Assembly: GCA_025201805.1 (NCBI GenBank)
Contig: MU619287.1
Location: 136,416-200,415, forward strand
Reading direction: 5' to 3'
From: Parasitella parasitica NRRL 2501
Taxonomy: Eukaryota; Fungi; Mucoromycota
Length of the DNA stretch: 64,000 bases
Shown: positions 1 through 13,271 of the stretch, in pieces
How the letters are laid out: every line of letters begins with the position of its first letter
Position numbering within the stretch: position 1 is the stretch's first letter
Made by a program: the position numbers and the translations under genes
Notes under the pieces: generated by a model
What the model was told of the DNA's origin: nothing
Seen by the model: the letters and a program-made list of their open reading frames with translations, nothing else
Databases searched by the model: none

Positions 1-331
1 TCTACGCAGGACAGTGACATTTAGAGAAAAACATCAAACGCCCACCTCCGAAGAAAATAACTTCCACTATCTTTGTGCGGCATCATCGTCAACAACGCCT
101 ATCCATCCTACTATGGTTTTCAACAACAATGGTCATGCAGGAGAAGGAGTCCCACCATTACGAACAGCATCAATGCATGCTACATATAGCCCTCGAAGGT
201 CTCGACATTCAAATATATTGCAGGATCCCCTTCTTTTGCAAGAAGAAGAATATTTTAGATCAGAGTCATCTGGGAGCACTGGTATAGTGAACAATACCCC
301 TGATAGTAAAACATACTTGAATGGATATTAA
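1..331 (+). CDS. 3' end of a gene entering from the left edge (low-complexity Ser/Thr/Asn-rich tail, unknown product)
   Basis: Open frame to TAA at 329-331, followed by AT-rich 3'UTR-like sequence with AATAAA; no recognisable domain. Confidence 0.45.
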   Translation, partial: LRRTVTFREKHQTPTSEENNFHYLCAASSSTTPIHPTMVFNNNGHAGEGVPPLRTASMHATYSPRRSRHSNILQDPLLLQEEEYFRSESSGSTGIVNNTPDSKTYLNGY

Positions 332-1480
332 CTGTTGCTTTTACCACCGCCACTACTTGCTATTACTATTACTATTTTACTACTAGCCCTCACTAAAAAT
401 ACTTTTTTCCGTTTCGTTTAAATAAATGCTGTACTTTGCATCATACAGTTTATTTATATCATATACACGAGATTAGTGGCAATTAACAAGATCTTTTAAT
501 ATAAACCGTATGGATTTTAAATGCAATGTTATAATGATGGCGAGCCATTCAATTTTAATCTGCTGTGATACACGGAATAAAAGATTATTTTTGGAAAATG
601 TAATTATCTTGCAACCATCATAGAGTGTGTAATGCTGTATCGATTGTAGAAAACGTATAGAAGCTCATTCTACGGAAGACTTGACGGCGACACAAAATTT
701 CTCCATTATAAACTAAAAAACAAATAACCTGCAATGACAGTTATTAGCAGAAGATGTAAACGGAGATTCAATGTTATAATCTTGACAAAAAGATGAAAAT
801 TTTCGTATTGGGTTTGTTCTTATCTTAAGAATGAAAGAACTTGTAACAAACACAGACTCTCAACGTTCTAGACAAGAATTTTACCAAGAGCTTCTAGAGC
901 AAATCAAATGTATTTGTGAGGATCAATCATTTTGGGTAACAATGTTTATATATTATCAATTACTCGATTAACCTTTGGTCAATAATTATAGGTAACCAAT
1001 CTTTCCAATGCTTCTGCTGTCATTTACCATGCATTGATATCGTTGGAACATTTCCAAATCAAACCCATCAACTGGTGTGGTTTCTACATTACAGACCCTA
1101 AAAATGATGAATTATTAATCCTCGGTCCTTTCCAAGGAAAAGTAAGAAAGAAGCCCAATTATCAATAAAACGACATTTGACATGATTTTATATTCTAGAT
1201 TGCTTGCACTGCTATTCCGTTCGGTAGAGGTGTCTGTGGTGCTGCTGCTAGCACTAAGAAAACCCAATTGGTTCGTGATGTTCATGAGTTTCCTGGCCAT
1301 ATTGCTTGTGATTCGGCTTCAAACTCTGAAGTGGTGGTCCCATTGATTAAGGAAAACGTAGGCTATTTTTATCCAAAACAAAACAAAAACAAAAACAAAA
1401 TTGAATAAATGAAAACCTTGTACAGTATTTACGAATGCTGTATGGATGTATTAATAGACGATGATGATATAATAAAGTAA

Positions 1481-1511
<31 letters not shown>

Positions 1512-2049
1512 GGGAGACCAAGAAAGACTAAATCGATATACATATAGCGTGTTTTAGGTGTCTTGGACATTGATTGCGAAAAGATCGAGGGCTTTACTCA
1601 AGAAGACAAAGCAGGATTAGAAGCAATTGCCGCTACCATTGTCGCCAGCTGTCAGTGGCCTTACTAGATGTTCTCCATTCTCCTTTTTTTTTATTTGCCT
1701 CTGTGTATTATTGTATAAAAATAGTAGCTCTCTATGTTTTCCTCTTTGCCTCATAACTCTCCTCAATAAACATAGATATGACTATACTGCTTTACATAAA
1801 CCTTTATATTGACTCCTCCCCTTCAAAATGTTAATTAGCAGCCCACATGTTGTAAAGCTCCTTAATAGAAACCATGATGGGCTCCTTGCTTTTTTTGCGT
1901 TTGTGGTCGAGTTTACCATGATTATATAAATAAAAGATATCAATTTGTTATACAATCTTTCTTTTTTATCCTCTTTTCTTTTCTCTTTTTTTTCTGCTTA
2001 ATTGTATCCATATTATAGACCGTTTATACATATTATATATTATTGTAAA

Positions 2050-3780
2050 ATGACACTTGTTGTATCTTCTAAATCATCGCCCATGTTGTCCGCTGCTTCT
2101 AAAGAAGAGGTAATCCTCTATGCAGATCCTAAAATACCTGATCATATTCTGATTAAAATCTAGGAACCTGCTGCTGTTAGCATAAATAGCACTGAAGATG
2201 CCCTTCTAAGGCATTATTCCTCTCTCGCATCCTCTTTTTTAATCGAAGAAGATTCTTTGATCGAATCTCTGCCTTCTTTGTATTTCAACGAAGATGACAA
2301 AAAGGAAGATACAGAGGAAGATGACACTGAAGAGGATGATGATGAGGACCGAAAAATGCCAACAGCTGATCATGTGAACATGACATCTTGTTTGTTCAAA
2401 AAGGCGGTACCCCTTTTCCCTGCTTCTCGTAGTGCGGCTGCTGCTGCTTCTGCTTCTATAATACCTCCACCCATTCAAACTTATTCACCTCAGCTTAACC
2501 TTTGCCTATACTCACCATCGCCTTCAGTTGCTTCCTCAATCAGAAGCACCAAAAAGAATCGCAGTAGTCATCATAGCTACTCATTAGCATCTAATGCTGC
2601 ATTACCTTCCTCCATGATACCTTGCTGCACTTCTGCTGCTTCTGCGTCTGCGTCTGCTGCTTCTGCTGTTGCTTCTTCTACTGCAGCTAGAAATCCAACT
2701 TTATCCTCATCTAGCAACATCAAAAAATACACACCTCTTTATTCTTCTTCTTCAACAATTGCATCAACAATCAAAATGGATATACGTTCACCACCTCAAC
2801 CATCTCAATCAACATCTCGATTCATGAATGCGTTTCATAGATTCCGCAGCTCTACCTCTAATAACAATAACAACAATATGAGCATTTCCAAAAGTGCACT
2901 CTATCATCAAAATACAACAAATAGCGTAGCACCTGCAGAAATCGTATCTTCCTTGAAACCATCTCCTTCCAAAAGCTCGCTGGCCGACAAAATCAAGAAT
3001 AAATTTCATCAGCAATTAGACAAAAAAAAGAATAGAGCAAGCTTGGTAGAATTAACTGCCAAAAAGAGAACATTATCCAATTTTTCCATGCCTCGATCTG
3101 CGTCTCTATCTTCCATGACAAATTGGTCATCTCGTTTAAGCGGGGGTGGTAGCAGTGGAAACAAGACAACACCCTTAAAGAAGGACGTAATTAATGACAA
3201 GAGGAAGTTATCTCATTCTACATCTGTCTCTTCGTGTCTTTCCGTTTCCTCATCCCGTTCTTCCTCCTCATCAACCTCCTCAACCAACAAAAAGGATGCA
3301 TCCTTGTTCATGCCACCTCAAATTGCCACCAGCACACATGCATTGTCACCCACATTTACATTGACGAAATCCATATCGTCTCATCGTCTATATAACAAAT
3401 CCAGCAGCGAAGCCAGCAGTATTAGTGATACTGGAAGTAGACATAGTCTTCAAGCAACAAGGCCAAGACTGCCACTCCGCGCTGTAAATCCCAATGATTC
3501 TGTGCGATCTGTTGCGCAACAGTCTTCTCCTAACAGCAGTAACAGAAAGAGTTCAATGCAGCAACGACGCAATAATACCGTAGTTCGGTTTACCAAGCTA
3601 GTTTCTGTCAGAGAGACATTCTCTAAGGCAGACTATGATCGAGGCTCTGACCCAGATGCTGTTTGTACACGACTAACTCCTGCAACAGCACAACAAATCA
3701 AAGAAGAATTAAACGCATACAAGCTGCATGAAATGCAGGTTCATGAATATAGCAGGGTTCATACACATTTCTTCCTTTGA
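2050..3780 (+). CDS. Ser-rich protein with C-terminal Bni4/Phactr-type PP1 (Glc7)-binding domain
   Basis: Exons 2050-2109 and 2164-3780 (GT..AG intron, frame preserved). C-terminus VVRFTKLVSVRETFSKADYDRGSD...AQQIKEELNAYKLHEMQVHEYSRVHTHFF matches the RVxF-like + YDR + IKEELN.YK..EM.VH..SR..T.F signature. Confidence 0.8.
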
Positions 3781-4036
3781 AATTTATAATGTACAATAAA
3801 CAGTATTCATTCTTTAAGGATTTAATAAAGATACACATTCATACACAAAAAATATTATTCCTTCAGGAGATGCCTTGAAATTTCTACAATTTATGCACGA
3901 TCAAGTTAAATAAAAAAGAATATATGGTTTTATTGTCAAATGTATAGAAAAATTAATGTGTTTTTAGACGAACGATATAATTTTTGATTCGAGTTGTGTT
4001 TTCATAAGTATCTACAGTTCCAGTTATTCATTGATA

Positions 4037-4115
4037 TGATTTGATTTGATTTGATTTGATTTGATTTGATTTGATTTGATTTGATTTGATTTGGTTTGGT
4101 TTGGTTTGGTTTGAT
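4037..4115. repeat. Compound pentanucleotide microsatellite (TTGAT)n followed by (TTGGT)n
   Basis: Directly visible tandem run between two convergent genes. Confidence 0.95.
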
Positions 4116-4433
4116 TTTGTTTGACTTGATTCATTTTTGGTCAACATATGTATATAATGGGATGGGAAAAAAAAAAAGATAAGAGGGGAGAAGGGATAAG
4201 GGTGTTTTTTTTTTTGTCTACAAAAAGTTCCAATCATATAATTTATGAAAGGGCATACAAATAGTAATTAAGAAATATATAATCACACACAGAAAGAATT
4301 AATATATATAAAAAAATATAATAACAGAGCTATTTTCAAAAGGGGTTAAATAAGTAAGAACATATGATTAGAGAATAATCACAAGGAAAGTAAGGGGAGT
4401 GTAAAAGGAAGGTGTTTGTTGTCTTGATTGTTG

Positions 4434-5327
4434 CTAGGCAGCAACAGCAAAATTTCTGCTAGCTATATCAGGCGGTTTCTTCAACTGTCCTAATGAGATG
4501 CATTGATTCGGTTGTACGCAGGAGAGCGGTGAATGGTCCAAAGATGATAGCAGGCAAGCTACTACATCAGCATAAGCATACGCGTGAGCATTGGCAAGAG
4601 GTGAAAGTTCAAACTTGGTTGGCTGTTGCTGGTCTAGAATCAATTGAGTTTGTGGTTGTTCAGACACTGCATGATGAACTGTTTCATCCTTCACGTTAAC
4701 CATTTGTTGTTTCTTGCCCGATTCCATCTTAGGCTGTACGTTTTTGTTATTGTGGCACAAGAATACATCCAGCATAGCTGGATCATCGCAGGAACAGTCT
4801 ATCGACTTCTTGTTTCTTGCATTGCAGCCATCTGATTCGCAACCTAAGTCTAGTAAAGCCTTTACCACCAAATGCCTCTTCAGAAATACAGCCAAATGCA
4901 GACTAGTGTTTTTTTGGCCCCAAACATGGTTCACAAACTGCTTGAGTTCGACTGGGCTTGCATGAATCTTTAATTGAGCTAAAAGAGCCATGACCGTGGA
5001 TTCAGAGCTGGTAATCAAGGCCAGTTGGAGCAGGTTTAAATCAGTGTAGGATTTACCCAGATACAACATGGATTCTCTTGTATTCAACCGAATCACTTTG
5101 TGCTGTTGTGATGGAGGAAGCAGAGCAGCATCATTTGTTATTCTAGATGTCAGAGCAACACGGACAATGTGCTCCAAACGCTCGTCCTTGAAAAACTTGA
5201 TAAGCTCCTTCCTGTTATCGCCTTTGACCAATGATTGGAGTGTACGCCATAGTTTAGCTGGAGAACAACAACTGGATGAATTACAACCTTTATGAAGAGC
5301 AGGAGGTTGACCAGTATCACGTGTCAT
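4434..5327 (-). CDS. Ankyrin-repeat protein (297 aa)
   Basis: Single ORF; LNLLQLAL and KNTSLHLAVFLKRHLVVKALLDLGCESDGCNARNKKSID are ankyrin-like repeats. Confidence 0.7.
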   Translation of the reverse strand: MTRDTGQPPALHKGCNSSSCCSPAKLWRTLQSLVKGDNRKELIKFFKDERLEHIVRVALTSRITNDAALLPPSQQHKVIRLNTRESMLYLGKSYTDLNLLQLALITSSESTVMALLAQLKIHASPVELKQFVNHVWGQKNTSLHLAVFLKRHLVVKALLDLGCESDGCNARNKKSIDCSCDDPAMLDVFLCHNNKNVQPKMESGKKQQMVNVKDETVHHAVSEQPQTQLILDQQQPTKFELSPLANAHAYAYADVVACLLSSLDHSPLSCVQPNQCISLGQLKKPPDIASRNFAVAA

Positions 5328-6979
5328 GTTGGAAATGATCTTTATATTATGATGATAAAGTATCTACAGCAGGTCGTATACAAATATTGTTGTCTGCTAT
5401 AAGTAAATATGATTTTATGTTGGGTAGAAGAAGAAGGAAAGATACCAGACACCGTTGTGGGAGTATTTATATTGTTGTTTTTTGTTTCAGTAACAGCAAT
5501 TCTTCAGAGCACACAAGATATGAGCATATCATGTACACAACACACACACACACACAAACAAATACATGCCCCATGCTTTTTTCCCGCTTCCTCTTCCATA
5601 AATGTCTACTTGTTCAAGGGATTCTCCTTATTTTTGGATGTTGGTTTTTTGTTTATATTTGAAGCGACATTCAAACTTTAATAGATTTTCATCTCAACCA
5701 CCTTGGCTTTAGAATAATATATGGTAATAGTTGCATATACACATATATATATTTGACTAAGCCTTTGTGTTTTATTTTTTTGAAATTATATATGACATAC
5801 AGGATCGCTTGTTTCATTTTTTGCACATGAGCTCTTCTTTTGTCGTTATATTAGGTGTCAATTTGGAATCATTGCAGTGCCACAACTTGATTTTCTCATT
5901 GAAACGGCATGTAATCACAACAAACACAGGCAGCTTTTATGCTGTATACACAAAGATATCAAGTTGGCATTCTTTGATTTGCTGAATGCTTATTTACTTG
6001 AGTCAAATAAAGTTTACTAACGTTTTTGAAAATACAATTGAGAACATGGCTGTTCAAGACATTTGTTAAATTTTCGTTTTGTATACGCTATACTTACCAT
6101 ATTGTACAACTAAGCAATTTACACATGCATACTATATTTGTTCTTGTCATTTATTACCACGGTCGCTATTGTACCAATTATCTTTGGTCTATATCAATCA
6201 AACTTCATCACTTCAAAACTACATGCGATAATACAGAAACAAAATTTCATGATTTTGACAGGAGGACAGAGTGCCGCTCAATTTTTTTTTTAAATTGTGA
6301 ATTACATGCGTTTTATTATTATTATTTTTATTATTATTATTATTGTATTTACACTAGATTCATGAAAAATCATGTATCCAATCAATATTGCTGTTCACTG
6401 AAATATAACAGTACACCTAACCGTATTTTCAAAACATAAATTAAACCAAATTTTTGTATTCTACAAAAAAATGCATTGAATGAAATTTCAAATTTTTGGA
6501 AGATTAGTTTGGAGTTTGCCGTGTGTGTATTGCAATTGCAAGTTGCTTTCTTAAAAACCGCCATAGTTTTGTATTTGTATCTTACTTTGTAAAAATTACA
6601 AGTTAACTTGAGTCTTTGTGAATTTTCTTAAAGACGATCCTATCTGTGTTCTGCTAGAATGCTATAATACATGGAAATATGTAAGCCTACAAAGTTTATT
6701 AATGCAAAAGGAGGAAGCTTGCACTAGCTCGTTAAACTCAGCCTGAATTAGTAACCTTTATTAAATAATACCGTAGTAGACATGCAAAAACTAGCTTTGC
6801 GGGTTACAAGTTTGCTTAGGGACCTAAATTTTGTTTACTTGTTATACTTGAAGTCCAAGTCAAGATGTTAGATCAAGCAGCGGGTAATCAAGTGACGCGT
6901 GAGCTTTCTACTATGTACACCCGATGGACATATTACGGTATCAGATTGCTTCTCCTTTTTCTTTGTATAAAATTAAAAA

Positions 6980-7975
6980 ATGGTAAGGACACGAAGAAGA
7001 TTGTATACATGGTGGATTTGACATTATATTTAACATTGTATAATACAAATAGAGCAACCAATTTGACTGTGCTTTAGATTTGATGCGTCGCTTACCGCCT
7101 CAAAATGTCGAGGAGAATCTAGCCAAGCTCTTTAACTTGGTAAGCCCTGACTTGGCAGATGAGCTCTCGTCAGCTGTTGATCAACCTTTAAAAGTCAAGC
7201 GCTGCTCAAAGACAGGCAAAGACTATCTCATTTGTGATTATAACCGAGATGGAGATTCTTATAGGTAAAAATAATAATAATTATGGAAATGATGAATAGC
7301 CTGGCTTATGCGTGTCTTTAGATCTCCTTGGAGTAATGAATACGAGCCCGAGTTGCCTGATGGAACTATTCCTTCGCCTGCGCTTCGCAAATTGGAAGTA
7401 GCTGCTAATGATGCCTTTGATACTTACCGTGACATGTATTATGAAGGTGGTGTTTCATCCGTTTATGCATATGACATTGATGATAAGTTTGCTGTTGTAG
7501 TTTTGATCAAGAAAGGTACCATGAGATGAGATTTACGCCTATGGTAGCATATGTACTAAACTCATATTTCATAGTCGGTGATGGCGCTAGACGTATGAAA
7601 GGAGCTTGGGACTCTATTCATGTATTTGAGGTTACAGAACGTGGACGCAATGCACAATACAAACTAACGTCAACAATTATGCTCTATATGATAACCAACA
7701 ACCAAGATCTGGGCAACTTGAATTTGAGTGGCAGCATGACTAGACAGATCGTACAAGATTTCTCTGTTGATGACCCAGCTGCTCACATTGCCAATATTGG
7801 ACGCATGGTGGAGGCCATGGAAAACAAGATGCGTAACTCGTTACAAGAAGTTTATTTCGGAAAGACCAAGGACATTGTCAACGACTTGAGAAGCTTAGGG
7901 TCCCTGGAAGAGAGCAGAAGACAGGCGCAAATTCAAAAAGAACTAGTGGAGAAATTGAATAATCGTAAATTATAA
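6980..7975 (+). CDS. CAP2: F-actin capping protein beta subunit
   Basis: Exons 6980-6982 (ATG only), 7053-7264, 7322-7515, 7575-7975. Motifs [59 protein letters not shown]. Confidence 0.97.
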
Positions 7976-8120
7976 AGAGGAGCATCATCATTTAGCAGTA
8001 GTTGTATTGAATTTCCGTCTGATTTCTTATATATAAAACGCGCTTTTGTATGTTGTACATTAAGCCTTTTCTCTTTTCGCTTTTATTTTCTTTCTTCAAC
8101 AAACACGACAACAACAAAGT

Positions 8121-9334
8121 ATGCGCTCCATTTTCGTAGTGCTTTCAACTGTGATTGCAGCCTGTACATGTGTGCTTGCTCAGGGAACTGCGTCCATGCG
8201 AACCCATTCTATTTCCATGCCTTATATTGGTAATGGCTTTTATCCTATATAACAACCGTTGCACACTTCTGATTATTGTTACAACTTAGATGACGAGCTT
8301 CAGAATAGGTGGTTCGACTTTGCTGGAAATACCATTATTAATACCAACCATCAAATACGTTTAACCTCAACAAAGCAATCTCAACTTGGTTATTTATGGT
8401 CTCGCTTGGTAAAAAATTGAGTTTATACGTTCCATCAAGTAATCTAAATTATGCATACAATAGCCTTTAATTGGTGATAGTTTTCAAATAGAATTCGAAT
8501 TTAGAGTTGATGGAAGCTCTGGACATCTTTACGGCGATGGTTTTGCTAGTAAGTTGCTATGATACCAACAAAAAAAAAAAGTTCCCAATTAAATGTACCG
8601 AATTTTTCAAGTGTGGCTCACAAAGCAAAGAATGACCGAAGGCCCTGTATTTGGCTCTGTTGATAGATTTGAAGGTCTCGGTGTCTTTTTTGATACTTAT
8701 GATAACGAAAGAGCTCATGTAAGTCCTGTGCAATGGCTGAATCATGACAGTAACGTATTTAATTCACAAATAGCGCCATACATTCCCTTATGTCATGGCA
8801 ATGCTTGGTGATGGCATGACATCCTATAACAATGACAAAGATGGTAGTGATACTGAGCTCGCTGGATGTGAGGTAAGTTTCATATGCACTCTTCCCCCCT
8901 TCCCCCCTTGAGACGGAACGATTCAACATGAATTCTGCTAGGCTGATTTCAGAAGCAAAGGATTTCCCACTCGTGCTCGTTTGACATACCACAAGAAAAA
9001 CTATCTTCAATTGGAATTGGTTTGGCGTCAAGAAGATGAATGGGATCAATGCTTCAAGGTTCATGACATCACGTTTCCCGAACAAATCTATCTTGGCTTC
9101 AGTGCACACACTGGTGAAGTTACAGACAACCACGACATCATTTCTGTGATTACTAGATCAATTCCTCCTGCTGTTAAAGAAGCTGCGCCTCAGCCGGCAA
9201 AGTCCAAGAAGGCTTCTAACTCTGGAGGTGTGCTCAGTGTTTTGTTCAAGATGCTTTTGGCTGGTGGTCTTGTTGGTGTCCTCTTCGTTGGATATCGTTT
9301 CTACGACCAACAGAATAGAATGAAACGTTTTTAA
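8121..9334 (+). CDS. L-type (legume-like) lectin cargo receptor, VIP36/LMAN2/Emp47 family
   Basis: Multi-exon. Signal peptide MRSIFVVLSTVIAACTCVLA; motifs HLYGDGFA, GPVFGSVDRFEGLGVFFDTYDN, YLGFSAHTGEVTDNHDII; C-terminal transmembrane helix and KRF tail. Confidence 0.92.
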
Positions 9335-9638
9335 AATCAGCAATATCAAATGTTTGGATTTTAGTCCAATTAACTATCAAAATGTGTATAATAAACGGCT
9401 GACTGCAGAGGCGATTTATTGAAATTACCCTTGATACGAACATACATAGAGATTACTAAATGAGAGCTGTATTAAATTTGCTTCATGATTCAACCCATTG
9501 TTTTAATGCTGCACGCTTGATCATTTGCATTACGGATGACCACGGCTCGCTAGGTGGTTCCGATGACTGTATGGACTACAGATGTTTTCCTTGGTATATA
9601 TATTCATTTTTCATGCAGCATTGATATTGACTACTAGA

Positions 9639-12569
9639 CTATTTGAAACCAGAAGACTTGGCCTTCTTCTTTTTCTGTACAGATTTCTTTCGAGATCCAA
9701 AGGCGCCCTCCACAGGCTGCGTGGATATGTTTGCAAATGTGTCTGTAGGGTTGTGATGGTCCAAGGAGGAACCTTGGCTTTGAGATTGAGTCGTTGACAA
9801 TAATTGAGTCGGAGCGTGTTGTTGCGTAGAAGCAGTAGCAGCTTTGGTCTTTTTGGTTTTAAGCGTAGTTGCTTTGACAATGATGGGCATGCTTGCAGCG
9901 TCCGGACCTACTTGCGATTCATCGTTGAAGCTGATCTCGGGTAAGGGAATGGTAGTGGATGAGCGTCTTCGTTTATATATATTTGCAGAGGGAAACTCTT
10001 CAAGTTTAAGTGGGTTGGATGTATTGTATTGATGGAACATCAGATTATCAAAGTTTGTGTTGTCAATTGTCCACAAGCTAGATAAAACCTTTGTGGTGGT
10101 CGTAGATTTAAATTCGACATCTTGTCGTCCAAGGTACTGAAACTCATGAATGTTATCTTCATGTGGTAAAGGGCGTATGACTATTTTCGACAATTGCATC
10201 CTTTTCTCATAGGCTTCTTTCAGCTTTCGATTCAAGTCTTGATCTACAGGCGTGCAATGGTGTAATAAACCGGGTATAAAAATTTGTCGGGCACGCTCGA
10301 TGTCTTCATGTGCTTCCATTTGATCCAGGAAGTCTATCAAATCTTCTAAATCATAATCTTGGTATTCGTCCTCTTCGAACAATGCACGGCTAAACTTTAG
10401 TTTGTTAGAAAATCTGAACAATTTCTCAAAATAGCCGTCTTCTTACAAGTTAATGGGCGCTTTTGACTGTCGCATTCTTGAGGCAATCTCGGCTTTGAAG
10501 TCATCCGTTAATGCGGCTAGTCCACACTGGATGTCATTCTCCAAATACGATTCGAATTGGTCCATTTCAACGCTGCGTAATTCTGCCTCTCCGTTGGCAA
10601 GGCCGTCTTTAACCGGAAGCATAGCTAATTTTAACTCTTTTAGCAGTTTATCGAATTGTGGAAGGGATGAATCAATTGCAAAGCGGGGCTTTGTCAAAAA
10701 ACGGCTGCTCTCAATCATTTTTGGTTGATTTGGCGTTAAAGCCAAGTATTGTACCTTGACGGATCCATCTTCAAACAAGCGAGTAAAGCTAAACATAACA
10801 TATCCGTTGGTCGTATCTTCATTTTCTGCTGCTCGTGTGTTGACTGCAATTCCCATTGAATAAATTTTGCTATGTGGATCGTACAAGTCATCAAAATTGT
10901 AAACTGATAGTGGTAACTGATGCAGGCCAAGCACTTTGACAGTCGGTGACATGCTGAAATATGTAAAATGTGAGTATATACCGTAATTTTCCCTTGCGAC
11001 CCCTAACAAATGCCATGCTTTTTTTTTTTACCTTTTCGATGGATTATTTATATAACGAAATTCCATCATACAGGCACGCTGTGTCTCATTTGAAAATGCA
11101 GTAATTCGCCCTGAATAATGAATCTCAGTATGCAAGCTCCTTAATATCTCCCCTCCTTTTTCATATAATTATAAAAAACCAGAAAAACTTACATTTATGA
11201 TCAGGCAGCTCTTCTAGAAAAAGGGTAGAAGGAAGGCCATCGTTTATACCATGCAGCCATGTCAAAACGGGGCTTTCGGGCCTTTTTCTGTCCATCAAAA
11301 CAATGGAATCAACTGTCGCAAAGCAATACATTTGAGTTCTAGAGCATGTTTTAAATGCAACGATACGATCATTTGATATTGCCAAGGTGTTTACTTGAAT
11401 CATATTGTTCTATATTTATAAGCGTGTTAATTAATGTTGCAACATTTAAGCATATTGCTACTTGCGCTGTAATTCCATTCTTTGATACATGCAGGAGAGG
11501 CCAGCAATAATGAAATGGAAGTTTTTCCAAACACGCATGATCTCCATTGAGATGTATAATCGGCACCTTCTGGTGTTGGGTCGATATCAGCAAAAATAAC
11601 TCTGTCTTGAGCTGCATTTATAACAGATGTGTAGCCGTTGGTTGTGGTGTAAGCATATTCGTACTTGTTATGGGGGCTTGTTTCAACATGGACTGGCATC
11701 GAGTAGTCGATTCTGGGATCAACCATGGTCTTTTCTGCCAAATTTAGATGGTGCAGTCGTCTTAGGCTTCCCTCATGATTGTACGTAAATAGATGTATTG
11801 TTGATGTTGTCCTTACGGCAAATATGATGTGCCGCGGTGTCGATAGTGGTGAAATGCTGATTTGTCTTATTGGGTATTTTAGGTCGTTTGCTTCTTTGAC
11901 GCTTATGGAATCTAATGGTAATTGCACAGGATAATCCACAGTGTCAAATGTCTTTTTTTCTGACACTAGTAAAACTAGGCGTGGCTAATGGTTAATGTCT
12001 ATATCCTCTCTATTATGAAAGAGTTTCCTTACCTAAATTAGACATGGACGGTCCTGCACCAATTACATATAATTCAAATGCATCCAGATAATCTGTAACA
12101 GCCAAGCCATTTCCTTTTAAAGGATCTAATTTCTCGAATTTTCGTGATATCATGATATCGTCGAATAGAATGTTTTTCATATCTTGTCTCGATATGTCTG
12201 AGAATTCTGGTGCAGCATTGAATATCTTAACAACCTATAAATAAATCATTAACTTACACTCTTTCTTCAAATCAGTAAGTTTGTTACATTTGATGCGATT
12301 AGTTTTGCTCTTTTACGAGGGGTTGGTCTAAAGTCATTTGTTCTTTCGATCACTTGCTCTTCTGGAAAATACTGTACAACTAACAATGATAAACTGTCAA
12401 TATACATATAAAATAAAAAGAATGAAAAATAGGGGCTCCTGCTATATAGTATTGACTTACATCGATGTTTGTTATTGCAAAGATACAATGGAAATCCTTC
12501 TTCGACCACATGTTTGTTAGGATCAGCCGATACTAACGAAAACTTTGAACGATCCATTGATAGTGACAT
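9639..12569 (-). CDS. RRN6: RNA polymerase I core factor subunit, Rrn6/TAF1C-like
   Basis: Chain of minus-strand ORFs joined by short introns. Beta-propeller-like segments (PIRQISISP, FAVRT, LMDRKRPESPVLTWLH) and the typical C-terminus STQPVEGAFGSRKK...KKKKAKSSGFK. Confidence 0.7.
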
Positions 12570-12842
12570 TTCAATGCAAAAACAAATTGCTGAAAGAAAG
12601 GCCTGCTAGTAAATTTTTTTTTCCACACCTTTGATTAGCGTGAGTTCAAAATGAAATCGACGAAAAAAGAGAGAGCTTCATTCAAAACTGTTTATTTACT
12701 CCTTAAGTCTAGATTTTCTCTCGCAAAATATATATAAAAAGGAGCATGTAATCGATTTGAACGAAAAACACTTTCTTTCTCTTCTTTATCACTTTTTATA
12801 CATCACTTTTTTCTCAGCAAGACAATTAAAAAAAATCAACAC

Positions 12843-13007
12843 ATGAAATCAATAATTGTCTCCACCTTGATATTCATGATTGCAACAATGACTGTCAACA
12901 TATCAGCAGCGCCGGTCTCCCAGCGCAGTAATTCAGAAATTGTGGCTCCATTTGGCTGCTTAATATCCAGCGCAACAAATAAAACCCCATTTTGCAAGCA
13001 GCAATGA
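12843..13007 (+). CDS. Small secreted peptide precursor (54 aa, two Cys)
   Basis: MKSIIVSTLIFMIATMTVNISAAPVSQRSNSEIVAPFGCLISSATNKTPFCKQQ*: signal peptide, APV..R pro-segment, TATATAAAA at 12731-12739, A-rich start context. Below the ORF-track size cutoff. Confidence 0.7.
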   Translation: MKSIIVSTLIFMIATMTVNISAAPVSQRSNSEIVAPFGCLISSATNKTPFCKQQ

Positions 13008-13271
13008 TTGAATCAAAACAGCAACAAACATCTTAAAAAACTCTACAGGCGGTTTTACGGCTTTTCAATATTTTTTGAGAGCGTTCTTCCCTCTCTATAT
13101 ATATAGTATCACACAACAGAACATTTAAATAAAATCCTTTCCCTCCCTCTCTGATTTTTTTTTTTTTTTTTTTTTAAAAAAAAATTGATTTTTGCCTGAT
13201 ATCTGTGTCCTCAGATTGTGTGTATTTACTGATTTTCTACTTGAAACTTCTTATAGAAAGTAACAACAAAA

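Noticed and set aside
800-1350. Coding-like stretches on the minus strand
   Set aside because: Multiple stops and no recognisable family; cannot support even a pseudogene call.
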